From: Chiloscyllium plagiosum
Taxonomy: Eukaryota
Direction: 5' to 3'
Assembly: GCF_004010195.1 (NCBI RefSeq)
Contig: NC_057710.1
Span: 106,952,896 to 107,016,895, forward strand
DNA length: 64,000 nucleotides
The notes beneath the pieces were generated by a model, which ran no database searches, had not been told where the DNA came from, and worked only from the letters and a program-made list of their open reading frames with translations. Below are positions 39,566 to 52,569 of this stretch, piece after piece (position 1 is the stretch's first letter; every line of letters starts with the position of its first letter). The position numbers and the translations under genes are program-made.

Positions 39566-39965
39566 GTCTTCCCCCTTCAAAAAAATAATTTAATAAGCTC
39601 AACAGTTATTGGTTAGATGATGTAAACCTCTAAAAATTAGCACGTTAAAGCTAAATTGGATTAAATTGTAGACCTTTAAAACTTGTCAAAACTGCCATTT
39701 ACTTTAAAGTATTAAATAAAATACAGAATAAAGCCAACTGGAGCTCTGCACTGAAAAGGCACATTAAGACAGCAAGACAAAATTTTCTCTTGTGGTTTAG
39801 CAGTGTCATTAACTGAAAATGTACCACTCCCTATAGAACTAGAGCTTGTTAATTCTTTACTTTTCAATGTGCTGTGCTGCACAGGAGAGCTTCATTTAGT
39901 TTTGGCAAGCAGTTTGATGGTTGGAGCTAGTTCTAGAAATATTGCATGGCATAGTAGTAGAAGGC

Positions 39966-41250
39966 TTAGAGTCACAGAGCTCAACGGCATAGTAAAAGAT
40001 GCTTCATCCTATTGATTCTTTGCCAATGAGAAACCTATCTATTCTAGCCCCATTTTCCATCACCTGGCCCACAGTCTTGTATGGCTTGGCATCACAAGAG
40101 TACATCTAAATTTTTTTTCAATGTTATGAGGGTTTCCGCCACTATCACCCTTACAGGCAGTGAATTCAAGATTCCCACCAGCCTCTTGGTGAAAAGAATT
40201 TCCTCATATCCCTTCTAAACCTCCTACCCCTTACCTTAAAAGGTATGACCCTGAGACACTGATCCCTTTACCAAGAGAAAAACTTTCTTCCCATCTACCA
40301 TCTATTCTCCGCATAATTTTATACATCACAGTCAGATTCCCCCCCTCAGTCTCCTCTGCATGAAGGAAAATAACCCATCTATCTAATCTCTCCTCATAAC
40401 TAAAAGTCTCCAGCCCTGGCAGCATCCTAGTAAAGGTCCTCTGCAGTGCAATCACATACCTATTTAATTTTGATTCCAGAACTGCACACAATACTCTAGC
40501 TGTGGCCTAACCAATGTTTTATGCAGTTCCAGCATCATCGCCCTCCTCTTAAACTCTATGCCTCAAATAATAAAGACAAGTATGCCTTCTTAACCACTTC
40601 TACCTAACCTGTTACCTTAAGGGACCCCTGTACACACACAGCAAGGTTTCGCTCAACCTCAGTGGTCCAGTGAGTGTTACCCATCATATTCCTTTGCCTT
40701 GTTTGTCCTGGCCAAATGCATCACCTCCCACATATCCAGCTTGAATTTCATTTGCTTCTGATCAACCAGTTCATATGTTCCTCTAGCTTTCCTTCTCACT
40801 ATTTATTAACCACCCAATTTTATTTTAATCATTCATGAACTTAAAGATCAATCTTGTTATATTCAAGCCTCAGTCATTTATTGGTGCACCAAAAACAACA
40901 AGGAGCCCAACTGTGATCCCTGTGGAGCTCCTCTGGACAAGGCTTTCAGTCACAAAAACATCCTCGACCATTACACTGCTTCTTGCCACTCAGCCAATTT
41001 GCCAAGTTTCCTTAGGTTAAATCTCACACTCGGGACCTTATCAAAAGTGTTGCTGAAGTCTAAGGAGTCTATGTTGAATGCATTGATTAATGCTTCATTA
41101 AAATTTACTTCCCTTTAGAAGTTAGAAATTACTTCCCTTTAACAAAACTATGCTATTATTCATTAATTCCTCCAAGTGCAGATGAATTCTGCCTCTCAGA
41201 GTTGCTTCCAATGGTTTCCCCACCAGAGATTAGACAGATAGACACTGGTA
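39966..41250 (-). mobile_element. CR1 LINE RT/3' region, degraded
   Basis: LQRTFTRMLPGLETFSYEERLDR. Confidence 0.85.
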
Positions 41251-41859
41251 ACACATCCATGTCCAGAAACCTTTTGCAACTCTGTACTACTGTGGTTATA
41301 TATGTTGCAAATTGTGCTATTCATTTGCCTATTTTTAACAGCTGTCATGTGTTAAAATAAATAGGGAAGGATTTTGTTCTGTGCTAGGTAATTAAAATTT
41401 AACATCAGAAGCAATGTTCTCTCACATCAAAGTCATTGAAACAATGCTGGACATTTAAGCAGAGGCATTTTGCAAGGCTGGATATATTTCATACAAGATT
41501 CAATAAATTGTAGCTAAATTCAGAATCAGTTTTTGAAGCCAATGTATTTGCATAATATTCTGAGTTTCAAGAATGTTCGAGTCTCCATATGAAGAGAAAC
41601 AGGAGCCTTTCAAACCTATTAAGTCACATTATTTTGTAAATAAATAGATAAACTCCAATTCTGGAAATCTAAGTCTTTAAGGTTTCAATTGAGCAATCAT
41701 CCCCAATCTTTGAGGGAAAGGTGGTCCAAATTTCCAATCTGCCTTATGTAAATATTCTTCCACATTTCACACTAAATGTTGCAACAATAAAGGACATGAC
41801 TGGTAGGCTGAGTCTGCAGTCTGATGAAGGAGCCAAGAAGAAAAAACGCACATGACCTC

Positions 41860-43990
41860 AGCCTCAACAATATGCCTGACACAGAGGCATTTGTCCATGA
41901 TTGACAAGAGTAACCACTACAAAATCCACAGGAGATGAAGTCCTATCTTCACATTAAGGGTACCCTCCATAACTTTGCATAGCACTACAACAGTGCTAAA
42001 TGTGACAGATCTAGAAACTCAAGACTGGTAGCCCACAACACCTTGTGGATACTCATCAGCAGAACTGGAACACAATCTGCAACCACATAACCCAACATAC
42101 CCATTACTTTGTTATGACTGTCAACCCAGGGTCAATGAAGAATGCAGGAAGGTGTGCCAGCAGCATCACCAGGTGAAGTACCTAAAATTAGGCATGAACT
42201 TGGTAAAGCTGCAACACTGGACTACTTACATGCCAAAGACCATAGACAGCAAGTGATAAGGTTGAGAGATTCCACAAATCAACACTTCAGAATTAAACTC
42301 TACATTCCTGTCACTTCCAGTGGGAGTGAATGATGGCAGGCAATTAAACAACTCACCAGAGGAAACAACTCTCAAATATCCTCATCACCAATAATGGGAA
42401 ATTCCAGGACAAAAGAGAAGGCTGCAACATTCATTACCCAGCAGGACAAAGTTAACAAATTTACCTTAGTCTCCTCCAGAGGTCTCTAGCATCACAGATG
42501 CCAGTGGTTCAGCCAACTTAAGTCACCTTACATGATAAGAAAGGACTGAAGTCACTGGATGCCACAAAGACCAGAGACCCTGGCAACACTCTTACGTAAC
42601 ACTGAAGATTTGCTTCAAACAAGCTGCACCCCTAGCCAAGATGTATTGGTAAATCTACAGCACTCATCTACCTGACACATGAAAATTGTCCAGGTATGAC
42701 CTGTACATAAAAAGGACCAATTTATCCTTCTACTCTTGATCATCAGCAAAGCGACAGAAGGAGTCATCAACAGCTGATCAAGCATGGTTGCATAGTAATA
42801 ACTGATGCTGAGTTTGGATTCTGCCAAGGCAACTTAACTCCTTACTTATTTAAAGCATTGGTACAAATATGGCTATAAAAAAGGTGAATTCCAAAGGAAG
42901 ACCAGCATGACTGTCTGATATAATTTGACCAGGTGCCATACCAAGGAATCTTAGCAAATTGAGGGTCAACAGAAACCAGTAAGAAAACTGGTGGATTCAA
43001 ATCTAGCTGAGGTTGAGATTGGGGTTGAAGGTCATTCACTTCAGCTCCAGAACATCATTGCAGAATCCCTTCCACTGCCCTAGTTCCAAGCATCTTCAAT
43101 TGCTTTGATGACCTTCTCTCCATAAAAGGTCAGAAGTGGGGGTGTGTAAACATCAGCGAACAATATTCAACGCCATTCATGATTCCTCAGACATTCAACA
43201 CGCACCCATAGCAAGACATGGACAACATCCAGGATTGAGCTGACAAGGAACATGCGTAGTACACGTGCCAGGCAAGCAACATCAAGAAGAGAATCTAATC
43301 ATTGCCCCTTGATATTCACTGGCACTAGCATTACTGAATTCCACCCTCCTCACCACTATCAATTCCCTGTGGATTACCACTAGATGAGTAATATAGATAC
43401 TGCAGCTACAAGAATTCAGAAATTAGGAGTCCTGCAGTGAGTAACTCTCCACCTAATCTGCAAAGCTTCTCCAAAATGTAGTGGTGGAATACCCCCCCAT
43501 TTGTCTCAATACATGCAGGTCCAAAGAAACTTGATACCATCAGGGCAAGGTAGTCTGCTCAAATAACATCACATCCTTGAGCAGTCAATCCCTTCACTAC
43601 CAGATGCAGTGGCAACAGTGTGTGCCATCTCCAAGATGCACAGCAGAAATTTACCAAGGCTCCTTGAGCAGCACCTTCTAAACCCACAATTGTTAACATT
43701 CAGAAGGACAAGGGCACCAGATATACGGGAACACCATCACTTGCAAGTTCCCCTCCAAGCCATGCATGAGCATGATTTGGAAATATATTGCTGTTAGTTC
43801 ACTTGCACCAGATCAAAACCCTGCAATTCCCTAACAGTACTGCAGATGTACCTACACTAAATCGACTACCGAAGGGTCTGTTTGCATGCTGTACATCTCT
43901 ATAACTATGAGCAGCAATTCTCAAACTCAACAAGGGATGAGTAATAAATGCTGGTCCAGACAAAGTTCACATTCAAGGAATGATTAACAA
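41860..43990 (+). mobile_element. Degraded tRNA-headed-family LINE, ORF2 through 3' tail
   Basis: Colinear with 55040-55835 and 35030-36475; 3' tail caagggatgagtaataaatgctggtcc resembles the SINE tail. Confidence 0.75.
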
Positions 43991-44689
43991 AAGTAAAATA
44001 GCCAGATTTTCCTTTAAATGAATTTACTGAAGGATAGATATTTTCCTTAACATGTATTTAACTGTTGTGCTTCACAGGACATTTCATATTTACCACAGGG
44101 TGAGACGAGTCCTATGTTTAGGATTTGCATCTAAAAGCATCTTCTCACAATGTAGCATACCCTTAGTATTATAGTATCAACCAATATCAAGTTTTTTTGC
44201 TTTACAAGTTTAAGGCACAAGAGGAAAATTACTTCGCAAACAGAATTCTCCCCATTTTCAAAGTTATTTTCATTCATACTTCACAGCAATAAAAGTCCTA
44301 CTCACTCATTACCATGATAACACAGCAATGTGGACATTTGAAACAGATTTTTATCACGCTTATCTAACAAGTTTCTGGCACTACTAAGTTAAGCCATTGA
44401 ACAAAACTTTCCAATTCATCGACTACAGAAAACCACTTTCTTAGACCGTCCAGCTAAGTTCAACAGACTGGATCACCTTTCATCAACATCACAATAGAGA
44501 CTACCACTAGCGCACAGCCTGAGCCGCCTTAGCATTATATGAATCCAATATTAAAAAAATCAAATCAGGATACTCAATGTCAAATTAGTTTAATGCTAAT
44601 TAAATGTATATTGAAAAATGATGATGCAAGAATCAATTCATGAGTACATGTCAAAGACAGTATGTGTGAATAAGGCATAGCAGTGCAAA

Positions 44690-45360
44690 GCCCTCTGCGT
44701 ATATAGCACCTTTAACATAAAACATTCCAAGGTGTTTCACAACTGCAACATCAAGCAGAATTTGACACCAAGCCACATAGTGGTGTTTACAAATTAAAAA
44801 CAAAGTGCTGGAAAAACCAAGCAGGTATCGCAACGCCCTTGCAGAGACAAAAAGTTAATGTTTCGAGTCCGATGAGATTCTTTATAAGTCAGACATCCAT
44901 AAGCTTGGTCAAAGATTTCAAGCTTTTCGAGAGGCAAAGTTGTTTAAGACAGAAACTCAAAAGACTATGCAGTTGGAGGTATAGTGTAGTACTTAAAATT
45001 TGGCATTCTTAAAAGGCCAGAATTAGACAAGCACAGATATCTTACAACATTGTGGAACTGAAGAACAGTACTGAGATTGAGGTGTAGAAGGATTTGCAAA
45101 CAAGGTTGAACATTGTAAAATTGGAATATTTCTTGCCAGGCGTCAATGTAACTCAGTGAGCACATGAATCTTGTGTGAACTGGGATTGGTGCAAATAGGA
45201 TACAGGCAGAGAGGAGAGTGACATCAAGTTGAAAGAAAAGAATGCTTTTGGAGGGACAGCTAGCAGTGCATCAGAACAGTCAAGTTTTCATTCCTTTTAA
45301 ACATGAGTGATGGTTTCAGCAGATAAAAGGTTGAGGCAGAGGCAAGTGAGATTACAGAGA
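44690..45360 (-). mobile_element. Old L2-like LINE 3' fragment
   Basis: tatatagcacctttaac..ccaaggtgtttcaca..tttgacaccaagccaca..agcttggtcaaaga reverse tail. Confidence 0.55.
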
Positions 45361-46839
45361 TGGATGCTTCAGAGCAATTCTACAGCAAAACCTTTCACTT
45401 AACACAAGCTTTTTGGTTTTCATATTATCAGGGTATAATTCTGCATCAGTGTGGCATCAATGAGCCCTTGCAAAATTGAAGACAGTGCAAATCAGGTAGT
45501 AAAGCTCTTTTGCTGGTTGGAGTCATACCGAGCACAAAAGAAGATGACCGTGATTGTTGGAGGTCTAACAATGTAGTCACATCAACACAAGTATTCTCCA
45601 GCAGTGTTCTAGGCCATTCATCTTCATCTGTTTCCACTATTGCCTTCCCAACAATATACATCCCCAAATAGGGGATGTATATTACTAATACTTGTGTACT
45701 GCTCAGCATCATTTGCACTCCTTAGATACTGAAGCAATCTATGACCGAACACAAGCTCAGTTCCATTCCAGGCAAAGCTGCCTATTTAATTGGCATCATG
45801 TCAGAGTATCACTGAGCATTTTGTTTCCACATATTTACTTCTCCTGATCTAGACTTGAATAAACTATCCACATAGATTACCTGAAATAAACAGGATGCAC
45901 AGAATAAGACTGCCACTTCAGACAATGGAAATAGCAAAACTAAATTAAGTCTGCCACAAATTTTCAATGCTGCGTTTAAATTTTAAGAATTTATTCATTT
46001 CTCAATGGAGATTGAAGTTTGAATCACAAGAGGCAGGTCATCTTCAGGGTGAGCTTTGCTGTAGGAACAGATGACCTCACAATATAACACAATATGTTAA
46101 AAGCACTCAAGTGTAGAGAAAATTCAGCAGCAAAATGCAGTTACTACACAATAATATCAGATTCTAGAATATTCAAAAGTTACAGCATTCTCTTCACAGC
46201 ACCTAACTACTGTTCATCATTCTCAAGTATGGAAGGCTAATTCCACTTCAATAGTGGTACTACATATTTCAGGCGTTATGCCACTGGACTGATCACACAA
46301 AGGAAATAAAAGTTCAAATCCTACAATGGCAATTTGATCTTTAGAAATACATTTTACAAATCTAGAAATAAAAAAAAGTGTTTCCAATAGAAGTTGCCTT
46401 TGAACTGTCAGATGACCAGAAAACCCCAAACGATTGATTACGCTCCAAGGGCAGGAAATGTGCTGACTTTAATCATCTTCAGGGTACTCGGCAATTAACA
46501 ATAAATCCTGCCCCACCCCACACATCCATCCCCATCCAACTGAGAATTTTTTTTAAAATTAAGATTTCAGAACATGTATGCATAGTAGTAAATCATGTTG
46601 CCTTATACTGTGGCTCACATAGGCACAAATAAACAAGTTTTGGGAAGACTATTGACATTTGTAATGCTTAGCTAAAAAGTTCACACTGATGAACTAGTTT
46701 GCAGTACAGCATTTAACAGTACTGAGAGCATTACAGCTGAGTATCGGTAGCTGTACTATGTCAACTGACTTTAGGTAAATCTGAACCATCAACTTATTCA
46801 CGGCAATTTATGGAAACGGCTAACACTATTGCATTACCA

Positions 46840-48040
46840 GTATCCTCGTTCGCGAAGGGCGGACGTTAAATGGAACTAGAAAGAAAAACTCCCAGAGGAC
46901 GCAACAGTTTCTGGAGTAATTCCCTGTAGATACCCTGATGCGTACAAGCACGCTTGTTTGCGCCACAGGCGAGTAGCTTCGATTCGCTCGGCTGGGGTTA
47001 ATCCCCAACCAGCTGCGTCCTTTCACCAGGGGAACTGTTAGTCCTGGCGATGCACAGTGAAATAGTGACAGGGCTCAGAGGCGACCATTCACGGGGGGCG
47101 GGGAGAGAGAAACATGGACAAAACAGCCCAATAATGTCAACACTCAAACTACCTTGACCACCGTCAGTGGAATACTAGGAACAGGAGAAAGAAACTGATT
47201 TTTTTTAAATCCCCAAAACACTAGAAAAATAAATCGCTGTCATCAGCAGCGAGAAACAAGGTCTCAGGAGACGAAAAGAGAGGGGAAGGGGGTTGGTGGT
47301 GGTGTCCGACAGCGGATACTCAGCATAATCAAGTCGCAAACAAAGTTGGCCTTTCTGCCTCCTCATTCTCCACCCTGCGGGGGGGGGGGGGGGGGGCGGA
47401 GAACGGTGCATCTTCTGGCCGGGGTCCTCGGGGACAGGGCTCACTCCAAAAGACAAACACCCAAAGGGTCGGGTCGGGTCAGGTCGGGCAGGAGGTGAGC
47501 TGAGGAGCAGTCCCGAGCTGGGCTCAGGACCGGGCCTGTGGAGCCCAGCCGCACTCCCTGTCCTTCCTTCCCCTTCAACACCTCCTCCCACCCAGCTTCC
47601 CTGCGCACTGAGCCAAGCGGCAGCTCCCGGAGCGGAGAGCCCGGCCCCAGCTGACGGCCGACACTCGGGGAGCTGGAGTCACACAAAAAAATACACACAC
47701 ACACACGGAGCAAACAATAGGGACCCCGGGCCGTATGAGCAGCTGCTGACGGCCCGCCGCCGCCACTTGTCGGCCCAGGCCGGCTCCCGTCCTCCACAGC
47801 AGCGGCTCCGGGAGCCGTGGTGGCGAGGCCGGCGCTCGGCAGCGGGCGACGGGCAGCGAGAGCCCTCCAATCGGACACTCACCCTGTCACAACAGGCGCC
47901 ATCTTCCACAAACTCTCAGCCAACTCCAACTCTCGCGAGAATCCGCCCCATCCCTTACATCTCCCTCCCCGTACCCCCACCAACCCACGCGGGGCGGGGC
48001 GGGGCGGGTAGGGGGAAGGAGCATATCTCGCGAGATCTCA
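46840..48040. promoter_or_regulatory. RBPJ: CpG island / RBPJ promoter and first-exon region
   Basis: Only long GC- and CpG-dense segment in an AT-rich, CpG-depleted window, and it contains the RBPJ ATG. GC boxes GGGGCGGGGCGGGGCGGG at ~47991-48008; TCTCGCGAGA at 47931-47940 and 48026-48035; YY1-type CGCCATCTT at 47897-47905; CCAATCGG at 47867-47874. Confidence 0.9.
47883..47902 (-). CDS. RBPJ: RBPJ (CSL/Su(H)) coding exon 1, MAPVVTG isoform
   Basis: Minus strand reads GGAAG-ATG GCG CCT GTT GTG ACA GG|GTGAGT, giving MAPVVT(G) with a good Kozak context and a consensus donor. It lies in a CpG island, and phase 2 joins exon 2 to give the known vertebrate N-terminus MAPVVTGKFGERP. Confidence 0.95.
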
Positions 48041-49030
48041 GAGTGGGAGAAAAGGAGAGTGAGAGAGGTTGGGAATGAGACAGGGGAAGAAAGAGGGAGT
48101 GAGGATGAGGTAGAGAAAGTGACACAGACAGATGAAGGGACTGAGAATGAGATAGAGAGACAATGAGACAGAAAGAGAGGTGGTGACAAAGGCAGACAGT
48201 GAGAATGAAACAGAGAAAGTGAGAGATACTAAGACAATGAGAATAAGAGAGAAGCAGTGAGAAAAGGAGGGGAGATACTGAGTGACAGCAGAATGAGACA
48301 AAGAGAGAGAGAGGTGGACAAAGATGGGAGACATTCAGAATGAGTGAAAGGGACATTGGAAAGAGAGTGATTGTGAGAATAAGATAGGGGGAGACTGAGA
48401 ATAAGAGAAAGAGTAACAGTGAGAATGAGAGAGAGGTAGTAAGAATGAGACTGTGAGGGAAAGATTGAGAAATAGTGAATTGCTCAGAGGATAGATAATG
48501 ATCAACCACATTGTTGTGGGTGTGGATTCACATGTAGGCAAGACTGGTAAGGATAGTACATTATTTCACTAAGGACATTGGTGAATCAGATGGGTTTTCA
48601 TGACAATCTACAGCGGTTTCACGTCATCATGAAGTTCTTAATTCCAAACTTTTGTTTTAGTAAATTAAAATTCTCTATCTGCCATGGTGGAATTTGAATC
48701 TGGGTCCCCATCACATCAACTGGTCTCTTAAATAATAGTCTAGTAATAATAACCACAAGTCCATTGCTTCTCTTAAATAGTGGTAGCGAGAATGGGAGAA
48801 ATAAAGAAAGTGAGAATCACAGAGAAATAGAGACAGTGAGAAAGAGAGAGAAATAGAGATAATGATAGAGAAAAATAAAGACTGTGACAATGAGCAGGAA
48901 AGAGAGAAATAACAGAGAGAAACAAGGTGGGAGAAAAAAAGAGAATCAAGGAGAGAAATAGAAAATGACAGAAATAGAAAGTGAGAAAGAAATAGGGACA
49001 ATAGGAATGAAACAGAGCAATAGCAGCAAT
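48040..49030 (+). repeat. Purine(GA)-rich low-complexity tract upstream of RBPJ, split by a SINE
   Basis: Degenerate gagaatgaga/gagaaataga units; similar tract at 55843-56070. Confidence 0.85.
48495..48775 (-). mobile_element. tRNA-derived SINE (same family as 26265-26592)
   Basis: tcaaccacattg..cacatgtaggc..ggacattggtgaatcagatggg..atctgccatggtggaatttgaa. Confidence 0.8.
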
Positions 49031-49114
49031 GTGAGTGACCAGTGGAATGGCACAAGGATGGTGCTCGGTCCACTACTTTTTGTCATTTATATAAATGATT
49101 TGGATGTGAACATA

Positions 49115-49380
49115 GTTATCTTGAGAATGTGACTTAAAAGAAGTTCTGGGATTTACATGTTAAAGAAACGAAACCAGCAAACCCATTCTAAAAGATGAAA
49201 GACTTTACAATCTAGGGTTGTTCAATATATTATTTCAGCTGCATGAGACTAATCGTTGCTTTAATTTCTGTGTCTTCTCGTCCTGCTTCACAACCACACA
49301 ATGAAGAAACAGCACTTTGAAAGCTAGTGCTTCCAAATAAACCTGTTGGACAATAACCTGGTGTTGTGTGATTTTTAACC
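49115..49380 (+). mobile_element. Family A element, right arm plus internal sequence
   Basis: gaaagctagtgcttccaaataaacctgttgg..cctggtgttgtgtgatttttaac. Confidence 0.75.
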
Positions 49381-49804
49381 TTACGAAATGCTACAACTTG
49401 CCTCATTAATATATAACTTCCTATCTGACGAAATACACCAGCCAAGCTGGACGTCAAGAATTCTGGATGTGTATATTAGAACAGGTACCTGGCTACTTCA
49501 ACTCACCTCTGGTTGTGATGGACCCCCCATGTTGCTCACCATGCAACTCCATTTCAAGGCTTGATCCATATTCACCATGTACTCCTGCATCTTAATACTT
49601 GCCAATCATCATGGTACATCTCTAATTGACTTGCAGGTCACTTAGGAAGCACAAACTTGCATTGCAGGGCATTCCGGCAAGCAGGATTGAAAGATTGTTG
49701 CAAGGGCACTTTGTACACAGGGACAGAAATCCATTTAAGGATTGGACCGGACTGCATTTCAAGTCTGCTTGCTTGCTCTTTTAATAATCATTTAGTAGGT
49801 TCAT

Positions 49805-49968
49805 TCCCAACGTCCCTCCCCCAAATCCCTCCTCCCTACCTTTTATCTCAGCCTGCTTGGCACACCTTCCTCATTCCTGAAGAAGGACTTATGCCCGAAA
49901 CGTCGATTCTCCTGCTCCTTGGATGCTGCCTGACCTGCTGCACTTTTCCAGCAACACATTTTTCAGCA
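49805..49968 (+). mobile_element. Penelope family B tail with near-intact hammerhead motif (49873-49908)
   Basis: CTGAAGA-aggacttatgccc-GAAA-CGTC. Confidence 0.75.
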
Positions 49969-50639
49969 ATAATCATTTCGTGCTTATCTGCACTCTTGCA
50001 GTATCCATGCATTGCATTGCCATGCATGTTAGCAAATTGCTGCTTCAGCCAGAGCCAAAGACTATCAGTATTGCTTTATAAATATTCTCTTATCTGGAGA
50101 GGATTGGAAGGGATGTTGGGGGAAGATTGCTGTTATGAACAATGTACAAAGACATCAATCTAACACCTACAGCACATGCCATTTGCTTGTGTGACAAATG
50201 TCCTGCGTGTTTATTCAACCAAATAGGTGGAGGAAAGTTGGCCGGAGAGGTAACTGTCAGTCAGGGGTTCCCCATACCATTATTAAGGTACACAATCTGT
50301 ACATACTCCAGGGACTTGTTCCCAGTCAGTTAGCCTGTTGTGTTATTCATAGTCAGGGCATCTGTTCGATTACAGTCCAGGGAATGGACAAAGGTCAGTC
50401 ATGTCGGGCCAGCACCACCTGTCAGGGAATTGTATATTGTTTGTTAGGGAGGTAAAATTTATTACGGTTGGTCTCCACATGGGGATGATGGATGGAAATG
50501 GGCTTTTGGGGTAATGTAAGCTGAAAGGGGATAAAGATGGGGGGGTGCAGGGAAGAAGTGACACCGTACTGACTGTATCCATTGTAAGCTGTGTTTCCTA
50601 CGATTGCTTGCCTTTCTCTAGATGCAAAATGCACTGGCA

Positions 50640-52508
50640 AATCAGGGATAGCATAGGGAACTTGTGTGTGGAGTCTGAGGAGGTAGGGGAAGCCCTAAAT
50701 GAGTTTTTTGCTTCTGTCTTTACGAAAGAAATGAACTTTGTAGTGAATGAAACCTTTGAAGAGCAGGTGTGCATGCTGGAATGGATAGAGATAGAAGAAG
50801 CTGATGTGCTGAAAACTTTGTCAAACATTAAAATTGACAAATCGCCAGGCTCGGACCAGATTCGTCCTTGGCTGCTTTGGGAAATGCGATTGCTTCACCA
50901 CTTGTGAACATCTTTGAATCCTCGCTCTCCACTGGAGTCGTACCTGAGGACTGGAGAGAGGCAAATGAATTCCTCTCTTCAAGAAAGGAAATAGGGAATC
51001 CCCGGCAATTACAGACCAGTAAGTCTCACATCTGTCGTCTGCAAGGTGTTAGAAAGGATTCTGAGGGATAGGATTTATGACCATCTGGAAGAGCATGGCT
51101 TGATTAAATGCAGTCAACACGGCTTTGTGAGGGGCTGGTCATGCCTCACAAACCTTATCGAGTTCTTTGAGGAGGTGACTCGAAAAGTTGATGAGGGTCA
51201 AGCGGTGGATGTGGTGTATATGGACTTCAGCAAGGCGTTTAATAAGGTCCTGAAGAAGGGCTTATGCCCAAAACGTCGATTCTCCTGTTCCCTGGATGCT
51301 GCCTGACCTGCTGCGCTGTTCCAGCAACACATTTTCAGCTCTCATCTCACTTTCTCCTTGAAGATTGAATAAGGTTCCCCATGGTCGGCTCATTCAGAAG
51401 GTCAGGAGGAATTGGGATACAGGGGAACTTAGCTGTCTGGATACAGAATTGGCTGGCCAACAGAAGATAGCGAGTGGTAGTGGAAGGAAAATATTCTGCC
51501 TGGAAGTCAGTGGTGAGTGGTGTTCCACAGGGCTCTGTCCTTGGGCCTCTACTGTTTGTAATTTTTATTAATGACTTGGATGAACGGATTGAAGGATGAG
51601 TCAGCAAGTTTGCAAGACGACTCAAAGGTTGGATGTGTCGTTGACAGTATGGAGGCATGCTGTAGGCTGCAGCAGGACATTGACAGGATGCAGAGATGGG
51701 CTGAGAGGTGGCAGATGGAGTTCAACCTGGATAAATGCGAGGTGATGCATTTTGGAAGGTCGAATTTGAAAGCTGAGTACAGAATTAAGGATAGGATTCT
51801 TGGCAGTGTGGAGGAACAGAGGGATCCTGGGGTGCAGGTACATAGATCCCTAAAAACGGCCATCCAAGTGGATAGAGTTGTTAAGAAAGCATATGGTGTT
51901 TTGGCTTTCATTAACAGGGGGATTGAGTTTAAGAGTCGTGAGATCTTGTTGTAGCTCTATAAAACTTTGGTTAGACCGCACTTGGAATACTGCGTCCAGT
52001 TCTGGTCGCCCTATTATTGGAAAGATGTGGATGCTTCGGAGAGGTTTCAGAGGAGGTTTACCAGGATGCTGCTTGGACTGGAGGGCTTATCTTATTGAGA
52101 GAGGTTGACTGAGCTCGGACTTTTTTCATTGGAGAAAAGGAGGAGGAATGGGGACTTAATTTAGGTATACAAGATAATGAGAGGCATAGATAGAGTTGAT
52201 AGCCAGAGACTACTTCCCAGGGCAGAAATGGCTAACACGAGGAGTCATAGTTTTAAGCTGGTTGGAGGAAAGTATAGAGGGGATGTCAGAGGCGGGCTCT
52301 TTACACAGAGAGTTTTGAGAGCATGGAATGCGTTGCCAGCAGCAGTTGTGGAAGCAAGGTCATTGGGGACATTTAAGAGACTGCTGGATATGCATATGGT
52401 CACAGAAATTTGAGGGTGCATGCATGAGGATCAATGGTTGGCACAACATCGTGGGCTGAAGGGCCTGTTCTGTGCTGTACTGTTCTATGTTCTATGCTCT
52501 ATGTTCTA
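50640..52508 (+). mobile_element. 5'-truncated CR1 LINE ORF2 (RT)
   Basis: KSPGSDQI, SQHGFVRG, DFSKAF, WAERWQMEFN, FTQRVLRAWNALP; (tgttcta)n tail. Confidence 0.95.
51249..51367 (+). mobile_element. 119-bp Penelope family B tail inserted in the CR1 RT
   Basis: Begins at cCTGAAGAagggcttatgccc; TSD aataaggt at 51241-51248 and 51368-51375. Confidence 0.85.
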
Positions 52509-52569
52509 AATCATGAAGGCAATGCCCTACAGATATAAGGACCATTGCGGAATCTCTCAGTTGTACATC

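Noticed and set aside
47900-48100. Autoregulatory RBPJ sites (CGTGGGAA) at its own promoter
   Set aside because: Only partial matches (gtgggaga, tgggaa), expected by chance in purine-rich DNA.
47205-49073. Many overlapping ORFs (Pro/Gly-rich and Leu/Ser-rich)
   Set aside because: Produced by CpG-island composition and the GA/TC low-complexity tract. Only the 20-nt RBPJ exon is supported.
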